Positions 14,901 through 29,800 of a stretch of 64,000 bases of DNA are shown piece by piece. Numbering within the stretch: the stretch's first letter is position 1; every line of letters begins with the position of its first letter. Position numbers and translations under genes: made by a program. This stretch comes from Leidyana gryllorum EB-2025a (taxonomy: Eukaryota; Protista; Apicomplexa). The notes under the pieces are model-generated. The model was not told the origin of the DNA, ran no database searches, and was given only the letters and a program-made list of their open reading frames with translations. The stretch covers positions 124,001 to 188,000 of the forward strand of contig JBLWGC010000208.1 of NCBI GenBank assembly GCA_048772705.1. Reading direction: 5' to 3'.

Positions 14901-17900
14901 CAGCCGGAGTGCAGTTGCTGGCTGCCGCTGCTTCCTTCGTGATCCCCTGGATCATCTTGACACAATCCGTCACGCATGTCAGAGAATTCGGAGGTACTTC
15001 AGGGGAGACGGGCTCGACGTGGAACCTCAATGACGGTGGGAGAAGAGACAGTGGCATGGTGGGTAAGAAGCCCGACTCAGTTTGGGCTGAATAGTTCGCC
15101 AGTGAAGAGAAGAATGGATTAGGCAGGTCTCGCACCGTCTCCGGGGCATCGAAGATGCTCGCTCCGACCTCCACACATCGATTCAAGACTTGCATCAGAC
15201 CTCCATATCGTTTGAAGTGTGCGGCCAGAACTTCGGGTGTGGCAGTGAGAAAACTGCTAACCAGCAGCCCAGATGACTCGTGCAAGATGGTCTGGATGAC
15301 CTTCAGCTCACGCAGTTGGAAGATCTTACATATCTTCTCGATACTTGAGGGCGCCTCAGCGGCGTTCTCTTCCATTGGTTGGCCTATCCGGCTGTCCACT
15401 ACACGTTTCAATAAGCACAGAGTGACAATATCGCGGAGAGATTGTAGTTCCAACGAGGCATTGAGCAGAACCAAAGCCTCCTCGTTGAGACTTGAGATAA
15501 CTTTTCTGACGAAGTTTTGAGTCTCAATATTCTTCCACGGAGTAGTGAGAGATTGTGCCGCCTCGCTTCCCTCAATCACTCCGGCCAAAGTCAGCATTGA
15601 CTTGATCCACAGAGCCCCGCTGTAACGAGTCAATGGGACATCATCAATTTCGGCAGGGAGCAAACTCGGGTGAAGGAGCAGAGCGCGTCTCCGAATGAGC
15701 TCATTCTTGGTGAGGAAGAGAGCGAAAGAAGCAACGGCATCCTTCATCTCAGTATCCGGGCTGGGTACATAGGCCAGATCGGCTAAACAGCTGCAACATA
15801 AGTCGGAGATAGAGACAGATAGCGCGCGGAGCCAACTCACTTTGTGGCTGTTAGGACCGTCTCGTGGACTCGACGTTGCTCCTGGGCCTCTGCTTCACTT
15901 CCAACCGGCAGACATAGACTGAGAGAGCTAAGCAGCAACATTGAAAATATACTGCAACTTGGCATCAGACTCGCGAGCATCAGCTCTGCCTTTTGACTCC
16001 CCTTCCCACTCTTGTTGGAGACAGCATCCGTCTTCCGCCGTTTCTTGGTATCCTCACCGATCTCAGCAGAAAGCCGTTTTCGAGTTGCCGTGACCCTTTC
16101 ACCTGGGACCCTGAGCTTCGCAGGTCGTGTGCGACTATTGATTCGTGTTGTCGAAGACACCGAGGAGTCTTTTCCGCGCGATCCGACGACGGACCCACCA
16201 GGTGATCGGACCCCGCCTACAGAAGAGTTGCCTCCGTCAGACGCGCCGTCCTCTCCTCCGAGTGAGGCGGCGATGGAAGACAGCAAGTCATCAGGACTGT
16301 TAGCGGCCAAAGCTCCTCCTGTTGAAGATTTGGTTGAGACTGTGGACGACCCCATAGTGGAAGGTGTCGCTGGAGCGACTTTAGTTTGCTTTCGCATAAC
16401 AATACGCTTCTTCAAGATTGCCTGTTCGGCCGCGGGGGGAGCGGCGGTACTCGTAGTGGCCGGAGTCGAGGGCTGTTGTTGGGCTTGGGGCTCGACTGCT
16501 GGACCCGTAGTCCCAGCGTTGGAAGGTGTTGTCGATGCACGTGGAGTCTCTCCATTGGTGATCGCCAACCAAGATGACAAACTGGGTAGTGTGCTGTCTT
16601 CGGGTGTGAGTGTGAGTAGACTATGATTCAGGGAGGGCCCTGGAGGACGCACTTCGGGAGTCGAAGCGAGGATCCATTCATGCAGCCTGCAAGAAGGGCC
16701 GTTTCGTCAGTCAAATTTTGGGGCGAAAATTCTGATCTACACGTTCTTCTGACGTACCGCTTAGATTGTATGGCTTTCACCAAGAGGAAAGTCTGAAACG
16801 AACAACTGATGGGCTCACTCCAGTTGGTTTGCACAACAGACGCTTCGAAGAAGAGAGAGCTCAGCACACCAACTAGGGCATCGGCGCCAATGTTAGGGAA
16901 CCCAGTCGCTTTGGGAGTCAAAGTCTGTTGAAGGCCTTTAGTGAAGCGTTCCTGCGATAATCTGTGGCGAGCAAGGCAGGTTCGGGCCAGATCGGAGACA
17001 ACCGGGCCATGAGTGAGCTCCAGTGCTTTAGCTCTGACCGGAGTGTGGGGTATAAGACTGCTCTCCATCCATTCAGACTGTAGTATATTGTAGGCCTCGA
17101 CCATTTTGGAACATTTAAGACACTGTCGGACAAATACAGTATCAGTGTCAATAGATCGATCACAATCAGTATATGACTTACCCGTCCTTGGTATCTCTCC
17201 CAGCAGTACAGATGGACATGTGTGTCGCAGTGGCGGCACCTCGTCCAACAGTATTGTTGCCTCCATTGTGTTGGCTGGGTCAGTCCCGAATGTTCCTCAG
17301 CTGAGCGTGAGCAGACAGCGCAAACTCGGATAGATTTCTCAGCATAGGAATGAAGCAAACAGCGGATCTCGCCAAAGGCCAAAGTCTTGCTTATGTTCCC
17401 GATCGGAAGTGGTCGTGGCGTAACAGCTCCCTCGAAGGCTCCGGGATATTGCAGATCTCGTTTACTGTCTGGCTCCATGACAAAGGCTCGTAGACAGTAC
17501 GGGTGACATAGTTGCTGGCATCGATCTTCTTCGGAAAAGGGCTGATGAGCGGAGAAGATTGAGTTTCGGAGCTCAAAAGATCGCACTGTCTTACTTTACG
17601 GAAGAAACGGCAGAATTCTAATCCCAAACCAACGAACGCGTTTTCAGGACAAGTTTCGCGACAGACGGTACATGCGTACTGAGACTTTAGACGGCTTTCA
17701 ATTTGAGCTTTGCGTTGTAGCAAAGCCGCTTCGCTGATCCGGATCCCTTCCAAAGTGCGCCAATCTCGAATTTCACAGATCCCGCGAGACGCCGTGACAA
17801 CGCAGAACGGGTGGGCGAAGCAGTATTTGGGAGTTGGCGAATTCTCCACCCGATCTACTTCCACCCACTTTCGCGGCCCTTTGCGTTGACCGCAAAGATA

Positions 17901-18893
17901 GCACCTACCTCCCAACGGTATTTGCTGACCAAAGTCAACTCCCCGGTTTGACGTAGCTGCTATACAGGCCAAGTGCTGGCAAAGGTCGCAGACAAAGCGA
18001 CAGTGAGGCGTGCGATTAGGGGGCATGACGGGCCTCTCGATGAACCCTTGGAAGAGGGGCGCTTGAGGGGCCGGCGCAAACTTCTTGACAGTAGTGCGTT
18101 TTGAAGGCCCGAAAATCGGCTTGTCCGACAACGTGTGTGTGATTCCGTAGCACGCGCGATGAGCCACCACTCCGCAAACTACACATTGGTGGGATTGACG
18201 TGGATGGCGTCCGGCTCGGAAGAGGTCCGCTTGTGACAATTGACCCAAATCTGGCAGCGGCTCGAAGGCATGACATACTTCACAACTGAGTGCACAAGAT
18301 GTTGCACGCAGGGTTTCGACCGATGTTGCATTTGTATCCTCTAACATGAGGTTCGAAGGCTCAAGATCTCTTGCAGCCGTGATCGACTCGCTTTCTTGGT
18401 CAGAAAATGGCGCAAGTTTATGGGATGGGCATGATGTTTGTAAGGCATCGAATTCCGCAGCTGTCAAGGCATCATAAGAGACCAAATAAGAATTGGGCGG
18501 AACGCCGTTGTGACTTTGGCGCTGTTGAGGGGTGGAGGGTGTATATGGGGCTTGGGGTGGTGGTGATTGTTGTTGTTGTTGCTGGGCCACTGCCGCTTGT
18601 TGATTCCAGAGATGATTCAGTGTAGGCTGGATAGGGGGTCGCATAGGAGTTTTCGGGGGTTGAGCCGTCATGTAGTGGTAGCCCGGCATCATGGGAGTGG
18701 GCTCCATGGGCATGTACGCTTGTGGCGGTCGAGCGACCACCGGAAACCTCATAGCATAACCCATGTCCATTGGGGGCGGATAAGCGCCATACTGAGGCAT
18801 CCTCTGATACTGGGGGGGCGGCCCAGAGTAGTCCCCCTCATTGAGCCCATAGAGAACAGGCTTTCCCTCTTGGTCATGCTGATAAGGATTCAT
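5992..18893 (-). CDS. Giant (about 4000 aa) multi-exon chromatin-type protein: N-terminal PHD/ePHD zinc fingers, PLU-1-like helical repeats, possible TFIIS-M/SPOC-like C-terminus
   Basis: ORFs 17391..18893, 16918..17586, 16628..17266, 15837..16652 and 7576..15840 join in frame through GT-AG introns (e.g. 17594-17542, and the intron starting at 15840). Cys/His motifs CVVCGVVAHRACY, CDLC, CYLC..AHPFC, CHPYC and CRHCDTHVHLYC. Exons below 7576 are less certain because one junction near 7.55-7.6 kb was not resolved. Confidence 0.7.
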
Positions 18894-18952
18894 GTCAATC
18901 CATCCCCAGGAGAAATTTTGGTGTGCTACACGTATCGGTTTCTTTCAAAAGA

Positions 18953-19796
18953 TCACTGAGCTTTGGCCTTTGCCAAAGCCTTGCTACGCTGCTTCAACAT
19001 GTGACTGTACATGTGGATCGACCCGGGTATGTAGGCTAAGAGAGTCAATTGGTACACAGTGCGCAGGTCCACTTCGAAATTCAGCCTGTTGGGCATCGGA
19101 GTCGGCCAGTGTTTGTAGTATTCACTCTGGCCGAACTCGCCAACGGCCATCAGCATCGTCAAAACCTCGCCTGAGATGCCCAACGGATACAGGACAAGAA
19201 AACCGCTGTATCGTAACCACTTGGCAGCACCTGCCCATTTCATGGCCGAGTCTGAGAGCTACGGGACCATTTCGATTCCTCAAGAAGACGAGACGTCTCT
19301 CTGCTCACCGTTAGTTGCAGCACATAGAACAGATATCGGATCAGCTCGGCGACCGTCCAGGGCAAGATGACCAGCATCGTGCGCCAGGTGGACCGAGTTT
19401 GAGGCAGCATGTCCCAGATCAGGAAGATGACATGAAGTCTAGAGAATACTTGAACTGCAACGAGATTGAAAGAAGGAGAGCCATTCCACTTATGCACTAC
19501 CTGCAGTGGTGACGGGATTAGACTTGACCCAGCGCAGTGCAGCGTGGAGGATCTCCATGAGCGCGAGACACATCGCGGCTTTGACCACCCACCCAACCTC
19601 GCCAAACCACTCTTCCCGCCCTTGGACCGACTTGATGCTCGTCAGTCGGCATATCGTAATGAAAGCAACGCGCCACCACAACACAAATGCTGCCACGTTA
19701 TATGCCACCAGATAGCTCTGCTTCGGCGTCCTACAACACTGTCATCGACACAAGGACATGCCCAACTTACATTTGTGGTGACAGAGGTGAGAACAT
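18953..19796 (-). CDS. HACD: Very-long-chain 3-hydroxyacyl-CoA dehydratase (PTPLA/HACD/PHS1 family), multi-exon
   Basis: Family motifs YLVAYN, ALMEILHA, QVFSR, WTVAELIRYLFY, WLRYSGFLVLYPLGISGE and YIPG..HMYSHMLKQRSKAL. Start is at 19796 or at an intron-split ATG at 19772. Confidence 0.9.
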
Positions 19797-20146
19797 TTCT
19801 TTTTGCTTCCAGAAAGGCTGGAGCGATACTGCCCGAAGCGTTAGCTGCAGCCGCTTGGGGTGACTCTGATTGTTGTTTGTGAGGCTCTGTTCTGTGGCCC
19901 TAATTCACCTAACACCAACTTGGCGACCGCACGGAGTCGGCACTCCCACTTTGTACACTGAGCGCGAGACTTAATAATTGGTTGCAAGTCTCCTGACACT
20001 GTGTCAAGTACCTTGTGGCTACCCTTAGTGCGACCCTAAACGACAGAAAGTACCTCAAGATTCGTGAAAATTGGTGCTAACAAAGCTAACCTCGAATCGA
20101 GAAAGGCGTTCCTACGTCTTATCGACCGCTAGGAGCCTTCAAAGCG

Positions 20147-21794
20147 ATGAAATCGAATAGCCGGGAAGATAACAATCTTGGTGGAGTCGCTCCAGCCCGC
20201 GACGCACCGTGGAGGTCACAACGGACCACGAGAAGGAGTGACGGGCATCGTTTCGCGGAGCTTTTTCAGGCGTGGGGGAGCCACGAAGTCTTATCTGTGG
20301 ATGATGAAGACGAAGTGACTGCTCCTTCTCCTCGGCCCACCCGTTGGGGTCAGGATCCGTGGCCGATTCGATCGAAATCGAGGGGTACGGATCCACCACG
20401 TTACTTCAATGACCGAAATCAACGAAAGTCCCTTTACGAGCCAGCGCCCTCCTACATACCGCTGGCCCAAGGGACTTCACGGTCCCCAAAGGATTATATC
20501 CCTTTGGAAACCGAGGTTACTGATGACCTGCTCTCGCACAAGTATTGCCGGGTCAATGCAGTACTTATGCCTGCAACACCTCAATCAAGTTTAGCAAATC
20601 CCCCAACTATGATGGGGCCTGAAGGCGCCCTAATTGAGAGCTCGCAAGGTTTCATCAACCGCGTGAGTGAAAAGATGCGCAAAGCTCTGGAATCTGAAGC
20701 CCACAACCCTGCTACCCCAGCAGAAGTGGATAACCGCTCTGACACAAGCTCTGCCAGTAGTATGGCTATCTCTCACGAGCCCCCACCAGTTACAATCGAC
20801 CACGTCCAGACGGACGCAGATGAATCCGGCGAACTTCCCGAGGACGAAGAAGACGATGCCTTGATCACCGCTGTACATCCGCATCATCCCGACTTCTCAA
20901 TCGAAACATCCGAGATTTCTTCCACGGACCCTCCGCTAAATCCTCTCGAAGCTCCGCAGCCCACTGTTGAGGAGTCACTCCAATCCGATGCTGGTAACGA
21001 GCTTATTGAGCCGAGAGATAGTCCGGAGGAAGCTGCGCAGATACCCATTCCACCCGTCTCCTCCACAGCAGATGTCCCGCCTTCGCCCGTGGAGGAGATT
21101 GCTCCCTTGCAACAGCCGATCCCTCCTTCTCCAGTTCACTCGTCAACTAGTGCGCGACGACAACGTCGACATTCCAGTTCGGCGAAGAACGAGAATGTCA
21201 CAGAGACTTCCTCCTTTGGGCCTCAGGAGCCAAGTGAAACAGAACCAACTCCTTCTTCTGCACATGAACCGCGACGAACAGCGGCAGTGCGCACCAAACC
21301 CCGTGTTCCGACCCTGGGTGCCCGCAAAGCCAAGTTGGAAAAGGCTCGTCGATCTGCGGCGCTCGCGCGAAAGATGAAAGAGGAGCCCACTCCGCCGCCA
21401 CAGAGCGCTGCTGATAGTGTTATGCAAACGGTGACTTTCGAGAAAACAGAGGTTGAGAGATGTGGGCTGCTCCTCCGAACCAATCTTGAGTGCAGCTGTC
21501 TGAGGAACAAAATTCTTGAGATGGCACTGAACTACCGCGAGCTACGTCGCCAAGAGGTTAGTTGATTTATTTCCACGATATCCCATGTTCTGGTTACCTC
21601 ACATTTGCGTACTCGTGCAGGATAATTTGCGCAAGGAGTTAGCGCCCTTACTGCGAAGCGCAGGAAACTCAGTGCTAGGGGCGAACCTCATCTCTCCACA
21701 ATTCGACTCAGCTATCACTGGATTGCTCAAGGCAGTGGCAGAACCACTCGTCAAAGAAGAGAAGAAGAGTAAACGCAGACGCATAGAATCTTAG
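20147..21794 (+). CDS. Hypothetical acidic/Pro-rich protein (2 exons)
   Basis: 472-aa ORF continues through intron 21557-21620 into a last exon ending KKSKRRRIES (NLS-like). Confidence 0.65.
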
Positions 21795-21819
21795 ATGCAC
21801 CACCCTGGCACCCTGCGCA

Positions 21820-23088
21820 ATGTGGACCCGCGGGTCTCCCTCCAATGTCCCAGTTGACGAACTCTTGCACCTCATTAGTGGTGGCCGGCTAACCCGAGCC
21901 GCCGGCGGAACCATACGCGAAGAGCCGCAGCTCGGGCCCGAGCCAGTATCTCCCTATATCGTCGTGGTGCGCCCACAACGCGTCATGCTCATCAAGTAAT
22001 GTTGCTTGCCGTTCCCTCAAATCTCCGCAGTCGCGGCCCCCCTCTGGCAAATATCGATGCTTTCTGCCGTGTGTCTCTGCTTTGTCCCCATACAGATGTC
22101 GAGGCACTTTTGGACACTTTTGATACCGCTGCCCCCCACGACTTGATCGCCACCGTCACAACTGAGCAGGTCACCATGAAACGCAAGTCTCGCGTCTCCG
22201 GTGGGTTTTGGGTTTGAGAGGCACTCAACTCCCTCCCCTGCAGCTACGGAGTGTGTAGAAGCGCGTTTCCGCACCCCTCTTCCGTTTTTCCTCACTCGCA
22301 ATCTTCCCACAACCACCACTTGGCAGCCGGAGGTCCGCCACTCTTTTACACCTGAGAACATTGAGCATATACCTTTGGTGAGATTTGTGTATGGACTGTG
22401 ACAACTTGTTGTTAGTGTCTGGAAGTACAAATGTTGCACCAAGTCCAGACGTCTGACAGGCCATTTAGTGGCTTAGGCAGAGGCACGTCTCGCGTCTTCA
22501 CAGTACGAGATCTTGAGGACCAAGCCGTCCTGGAGCCAATAACTCTGCGTTATCGGGTACGTTGTAACAGAAAAGCCCCAAGTGTTCATTCAAGTGTAAA
22601 TCAAAATCTGAGCGAGCGTCTTGAACGTTTACATCAAGGGGTTATTGCAGGGGTCTCCAGTCGGTTTGTGCTTATTGAAGATTGGACTGACTCGGGACGA
22701 GTCACTGATCAAATGGATGCGGGCAGCCGATCCAGTAGCCGAGCGATCCGATGCCGAGCATGGCCTTGAGCCGATCTTCGCCAACGACACCTTAGCCAAC
22801 TTAGTGGCGCTACGCGCCGAAAAAGGAGCTGAGATCCACGCTCGACGGCTCCAGGAACGGCCTGGAGAAGCTCTGGGATCAGATGAGCGCATTCCCCTTA
22901 GAGGGCTCGGGCGACTTGCATCGCTGAAAGGAAAGGCATCCCCGAAAGAGACAGAAATGAGGCGAAAACCCCGCCTCGTCCTTCCCCCGTCATTCAAACA
23001 AGTTTATCAGACTATTCGGGTTGAAAAAGGGCTCCCCCCTGTCATTCCAGTTGAGGAATATGTGGCTTGGAGTGAAAGGGCAGTGTGA
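21820..23088 (+). CDS. Hypothetical multi-exon protein
   Basis: Successive protein-like + strand ORF pieces; the first GT-AG intron (about 21996-22030) joins in frame; the rest of the structure is tentative. Confidence 0.4.
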
Positions 23089-23108
23089 CATGCATTGCAC
23101 ATTTGACA

Positions 23109-24122
23109 ATGAAGTTTCTGTGTTGCTCCTGTGGAGGACCCCCCAAGGACGGGGAAGGTGCTAAGACGAGTATCGTGAAAACCCCAGATGTCATCGAGGT
23201 CGAAGCTGTTGTCAACGAGTCGGCAGCTGCAGCATCTCAAAGCCCAGAAGAAAATGCGAATCTAGCGGTGGAGGGTCTGGAGACTAAACAACAAGAGGAT
23301 GCAGGCCCAAGTGCCGAAGAGAGAAAGGAATTGGCAGCTGCTGCAGTGGGAGTTCCGCCAGGAGAAGAGGCTGGAGGTGTTGTAGGCTCGTCCGTTGTGG
23401 TCGAACCGAAAGGGAGTCCCCTCTCGCCCGGCGGTGCTAGTGATGTTGCGAGTCGCGGATCCAGTGATGGTGAGGGGGAGGTGAAGGAGACGGCAATCGT
23501 TCGCGTCCGCGAGCTCGGCAGGGGAGTGGGACCACCAAAGATCGCCCCGTCAGCCAGCGTAGAACCTCGTCTGACCGGGGAGGCTGGACTGTACTTAGTG
23601 TACAATAAGGACATTGGAGGCGGAACACTCTATTCCAAGCTCAGTACCCGACCTCTTCCCAATCCACTGCTGGTGGCTCGCACAGAACAAGAATTAGACG
23701 CTTTCAAGTTACAAGATGCGCCATTGGAACTGGCGAAGAACGTCAAAGCAGACTTTCTTCAGCAAGCTAAAGCTACATGCAGCTGGGTTCGCAGTGCTGT
23801 ACAGATGGGAGGAGAGGTACAAATTATGCCGGCCTTTTTCGAGGATCTGCCTCGCAAGTCGATGCTTGTTGTTCATACCAGTGATCTCAAGGTAAGCGTG
23901 CTGGGTTGGCTATGTGGATTCAAAATGTTTGATCTCTTTTTCGTTCTCCCACAGATAATGACACTTCGGTCTCCATGTGCTTTTGACTTCACCGCGACAG
24001 ATGTGGATGCGGTAGCCGCTCTCCCGCTCGGATCCGACGTATATCGTGGATTTTCGCAGCTCAAGACAGCCGCTTTCCTTGAAAAAGGTGTTCGCAAGGG
24101 AGCGACTTTGCGTATCAAGTAA
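23109..24122 (+). CDS. Immune mapped protein 1 (IMP1)-like protein
   Basis: N-terminal MKFLCCSCGG (palmitoylation-type Cys), an acidic linker, then GLYLVYNKDIGGGTLYSKLS...AFKL and C-terminal VAALP..S...FLEKG..KGATL, resembling the apicomplexan IMP1/IMP2 domain; intron about 23892-23955. Confidence 0.7.
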   Translation: MKFLCCSCGGPPKDGEGAKTSIVKTPDVIEVEAVVNESAAAASQSPEENANLAVEGLETKQQEDAGPSAEERKELAAAAVGVPPGEEAGGVVGSSVVVEPKGSPLSPGGASDVASRGSSDGEGEVKETAIVRVRELGRGVGPPKIAPSASVEPRLTGEAGLYLVYNKDIGGGTLYSKLSTRPLPNPLLVARTEQELDAFKLQDAPLELAKNVKADFLQQAKATCSWVRSAVQMGGEVQIMPAFFEDLPRKSMLVVHTSDLKVSVLGWLCGFKMFDLFFVLPQIMTLRSPCAFDFTATDVDAVAALPLGSDVYRGFSQLKTAAFLEKGVRKGATLRIK

Positions 24123-24167
24123 CACTCAAGGCCAGAAAAAGATCAATGCCAGCCTAAAGGCCCAAGG

Positions 24168-26358
<2,191 letters not shown>

Positions 26359-26898
26359 GCATATAACACAAAAAACTTGCATCATGGGGGCGTTCGGTGA
26401 GGTGTACACCCATATTAGCTGAGGTTGACACACGCTTCTCGCTCAGGAATCCTCGTGGCGGCCTTCATTGCGCTTGTTTTCATCTGCTTCATCACTCTCC
26501 ACCAATACCTGTATCAATGGTGAGAAGTCGGAGGGAGATTTGCGTCTATCTGCGGCCAGGTTGGTGCTTACAATCCTCACGGGATCATTATTGATGACCT
26601 ATGCAATGTTCGCTGATGACTCTCAATGGATATTCGATCCATTCTACAAGTGAGCGCCCCACAATCTATCTGCAATCACTGTCTCGTAGCAACTGGAAAC
26701 GAAAAGTCGAGCGCGAACATGTCTTGTAGAGGTGGTGTGTAGGTTTAGTGTCGCTCGTGGTATTTCTCGTGCCGCAGCACAGTGGCTGTGAAAAAACGAA
26801 GTTTGTGCAGAGACGTCTCCATAGTCACTCGCAAAGTTTTCACTGGGATCCTCTGATCGTACGTTTTTGGTGCGCGGTGAGCACAATCATCGCTACAA

Positions 26899-29800
26899 AT
26901 GGGAGAGGCAAGTCTAATGTCTCTCTGGCGGGAGCTTGAACATCGCGATCCAAGCTCGTTCGGATTTGTCGGCAGGGGGACATCTGATCTGCTCCCCGAT
27001 CTGCAGAAGAATGGCATTTTTGGGCCCGCCAGCGGCATCCTCCGAACTCCCGATTATAATCAGCCCCAGCCCCCCGAAGAAACCAAGATTCCCTTGCCGG
27101 AAAGTGTATTGCAATCTTTGGCCCCCCAGCAGGTCGATAATAAATGGTTTGACTTCCGGCAGCCAAACCCTAATATCCTTCCTCTAGAGCACAGTGGTAA
27201 AGTTGTAGTGATCTCTTGCCTCGCCTTCATCGCTCTGCAGGATTCCATTGGGAAGATTCCAAAGCCACGAAATCTCGAAGAAATGCTACCGGTCTTGCAG
27301 GCGCTGCTATCGATGATGGAGCGACTCAGACCGGGAACGCAGCCAATGACTCCATGCCACTAGTTAAGGGTCGATTGAAGGCTTCTGACCTGGAGCAGTA
27401 CAACGCCGAAAGTACTGACGGTACGACAATGGAGACGTCGCTGGACTCCTCCTCATCCCCGGACAATGATGACACGGGTAGTACGGCTTCCACCAGTGCG
27501 ACTTTTCAAGAGTCCGAGGACGCTCCGAGCACATACACCGGTTATGAGTCGTCGGAGGAAAGCTTCGATGCCACACCGACCACCGCGGAGTCAGAATCGT
27601 TGCCGAGCAGCAGCGACAATTCTTCTTCGGAAATTTCCCTTACTGAAACCCTTACGGTATCCAACGATATCACTCAGTCGTCGGACGAAACTTCTGCCTC
27701 CGAATTATTCACTTCTTCATACAGTAGCAATTCGTCCTTTCCCGAAGGTACCGAGTCCCTCCAGACCGAATTCACAAGCGGAACCGAATTGTCCACCGAA
27801 AGTTCGACCGATGTGTCCTCGGCTTCTGACTACAGCCGATCGCTGGAGCTTTCTTTTGATACGTCATCGGCCAGCGCATCATCGAGTGGGACGCTTCATG
27901 ACTCAACTACATACTTCTCGACTTTAAACTCTGGAGAAGGTTCAACATTGACCGACGAATCGACGTGGTCAACTGAGACATCCTCGGAGCGCACAGCCGA
28001 TGATTTGGACTCGTCCAATGCCTCATCCACCTCATCTGAAGCGTGGGTCACCATCTCTTCCGAATCTACCGAATCCGCATCGGCATCCATCACATCTACA
28101 CAAGATGTGACGGCCTCCGCCGAGACGTCGAGCGGGAGCACGAGTGAGAGTTCGATAGAGAGTGGAACCGACACTTCCGCGACAACGGTCACGTCGTCTA
28201 CAGAATCTTTCACAGAGACATCCACCGAGACTCCCACCGTGGCATCATCCGAAATGTCAACGGAGACATCTACCCAGACTTCCACCGAGACCTCACTCCA
28301 GACATCTACCGACACCTCTGTTGAGACGTCCACGGAGACATCCATCGAGACCTCAACCGAGACACCCATCGAGACTTCAACCGAGACATCCAGCGAGACC
28401 TCGACCGAGACATCCACCGAGACTCCCACCGTGGCATCATCCGAAACGTCAACGGAGACATCTACCCAGACTTCCACCGAGACCTCACTCCAGACATCTA
28501 CCGACACCTCTGTTGAGACGTCCACGGAGACGTCCATCGAGACCTCAACCGAGACACCCATCGAGACTTCAACCGAGACATCCAGCGAGACCTCGACCGA
28601 GACATCGACCGAGACATCCAGCGAGACGTCCACGGAAACGTCCACCGAAACGTCCACCGAGACATCGACCGAGACTTCCACCGAGACATCCAACGAGACC
28701 TCAACCGAGACTTCCACTGAGAGTTCCACTGAGACATCTAGCGAGACCTCAATCGAAACATCCAGCGAGACGTTCACTGGCACCACATCTGAGCTCTCCA
28801 GCGGTAAGCTTCCCGGGTCTAGTCTTTGTACGGTAACTTCTGCAGAAGAAACACCCACGGCTCCCTCTGAGCCAACAGAGGACGTCAGCACCGACGAAGG
28901 TGAGACTATCCTGACTTGCATCGTTACTTTCCGAACAGATATCACGGAATCAGCGGACACCCAACCAACGGTCGTTCCGCCAACGGATCCAATCCAGCCC
29001 ACCGAAGGGCGCTTGTCTACCGACGACAGCTCCACCGAGCTAACAGAGGACGTCAGCACCGACGAAGGTGAGACTATCGTGACTTGCATCGTTACTATCT
29101 GAACAGATTACACGGAGCCGGAGGACACCCAACCAACAGTTGTTCCGCCAACGAATCCAATCCAGCCGACCGAAGGGCGCGTTTCTACAGACGACAGCTC
29201 CACCGGGAGTGGGGTAACAGCGTCCTCCAGTGAGGCCACTGACGGCCCGACTGTTCCTGCTGCGACGGAAGAGCCTCACCCCACGGGATGGCCCGTCTCC
29301 ACCGACGACATTTCCACCGAGAGTGTCTCCACGGAGTCCACTAGTGAAGTTTCTGAGGGAACGGAGCCCACAGAAGCGCCCGTGTCGACAGAGAGTGTCT
29401 CCACGGAGTCCACTAGTGAAGTTTCTGAGGGAACGGAGCCCACAGAAGCGCCCGTCTCGACAGAGAGTGTCCCCACGGAGTCCACCAGCGAAGTTTCTGA
29501 GGGAACGGAGCCTACAGAAGCGCCCGTCTCGACAGAGAGTGTCTCCACGGAGTCCACGAGTGATGTTTCTGAGGGAACGGAGCCCACAGAAGAGCCCGTC
29601 TCCACGGAAGACGACTCGACAGAGAGTGTCTCTACGGAGTCCACACGTGAAGTTTCCGAGGGAACGGAGCCTACAGAAGCGCCCGTCTCGACAGAGAGTG
29701 TCTCCACGGAGTCCACCAGCGAAGGTTCTGAGGGAACGGAGCCTACAGAAGCGCCCGTCTCGACAGAGAGTGTCTCCACGGAGTCCACCAGCGAAGTTTC

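Noticed and set aside
26397-26890. Small TM-encoding exons between RuvBL2 and the mucin gene
   Set aside because: Plausible small gene or mucin 5' exons, but the start and splice structure could not be fixed.
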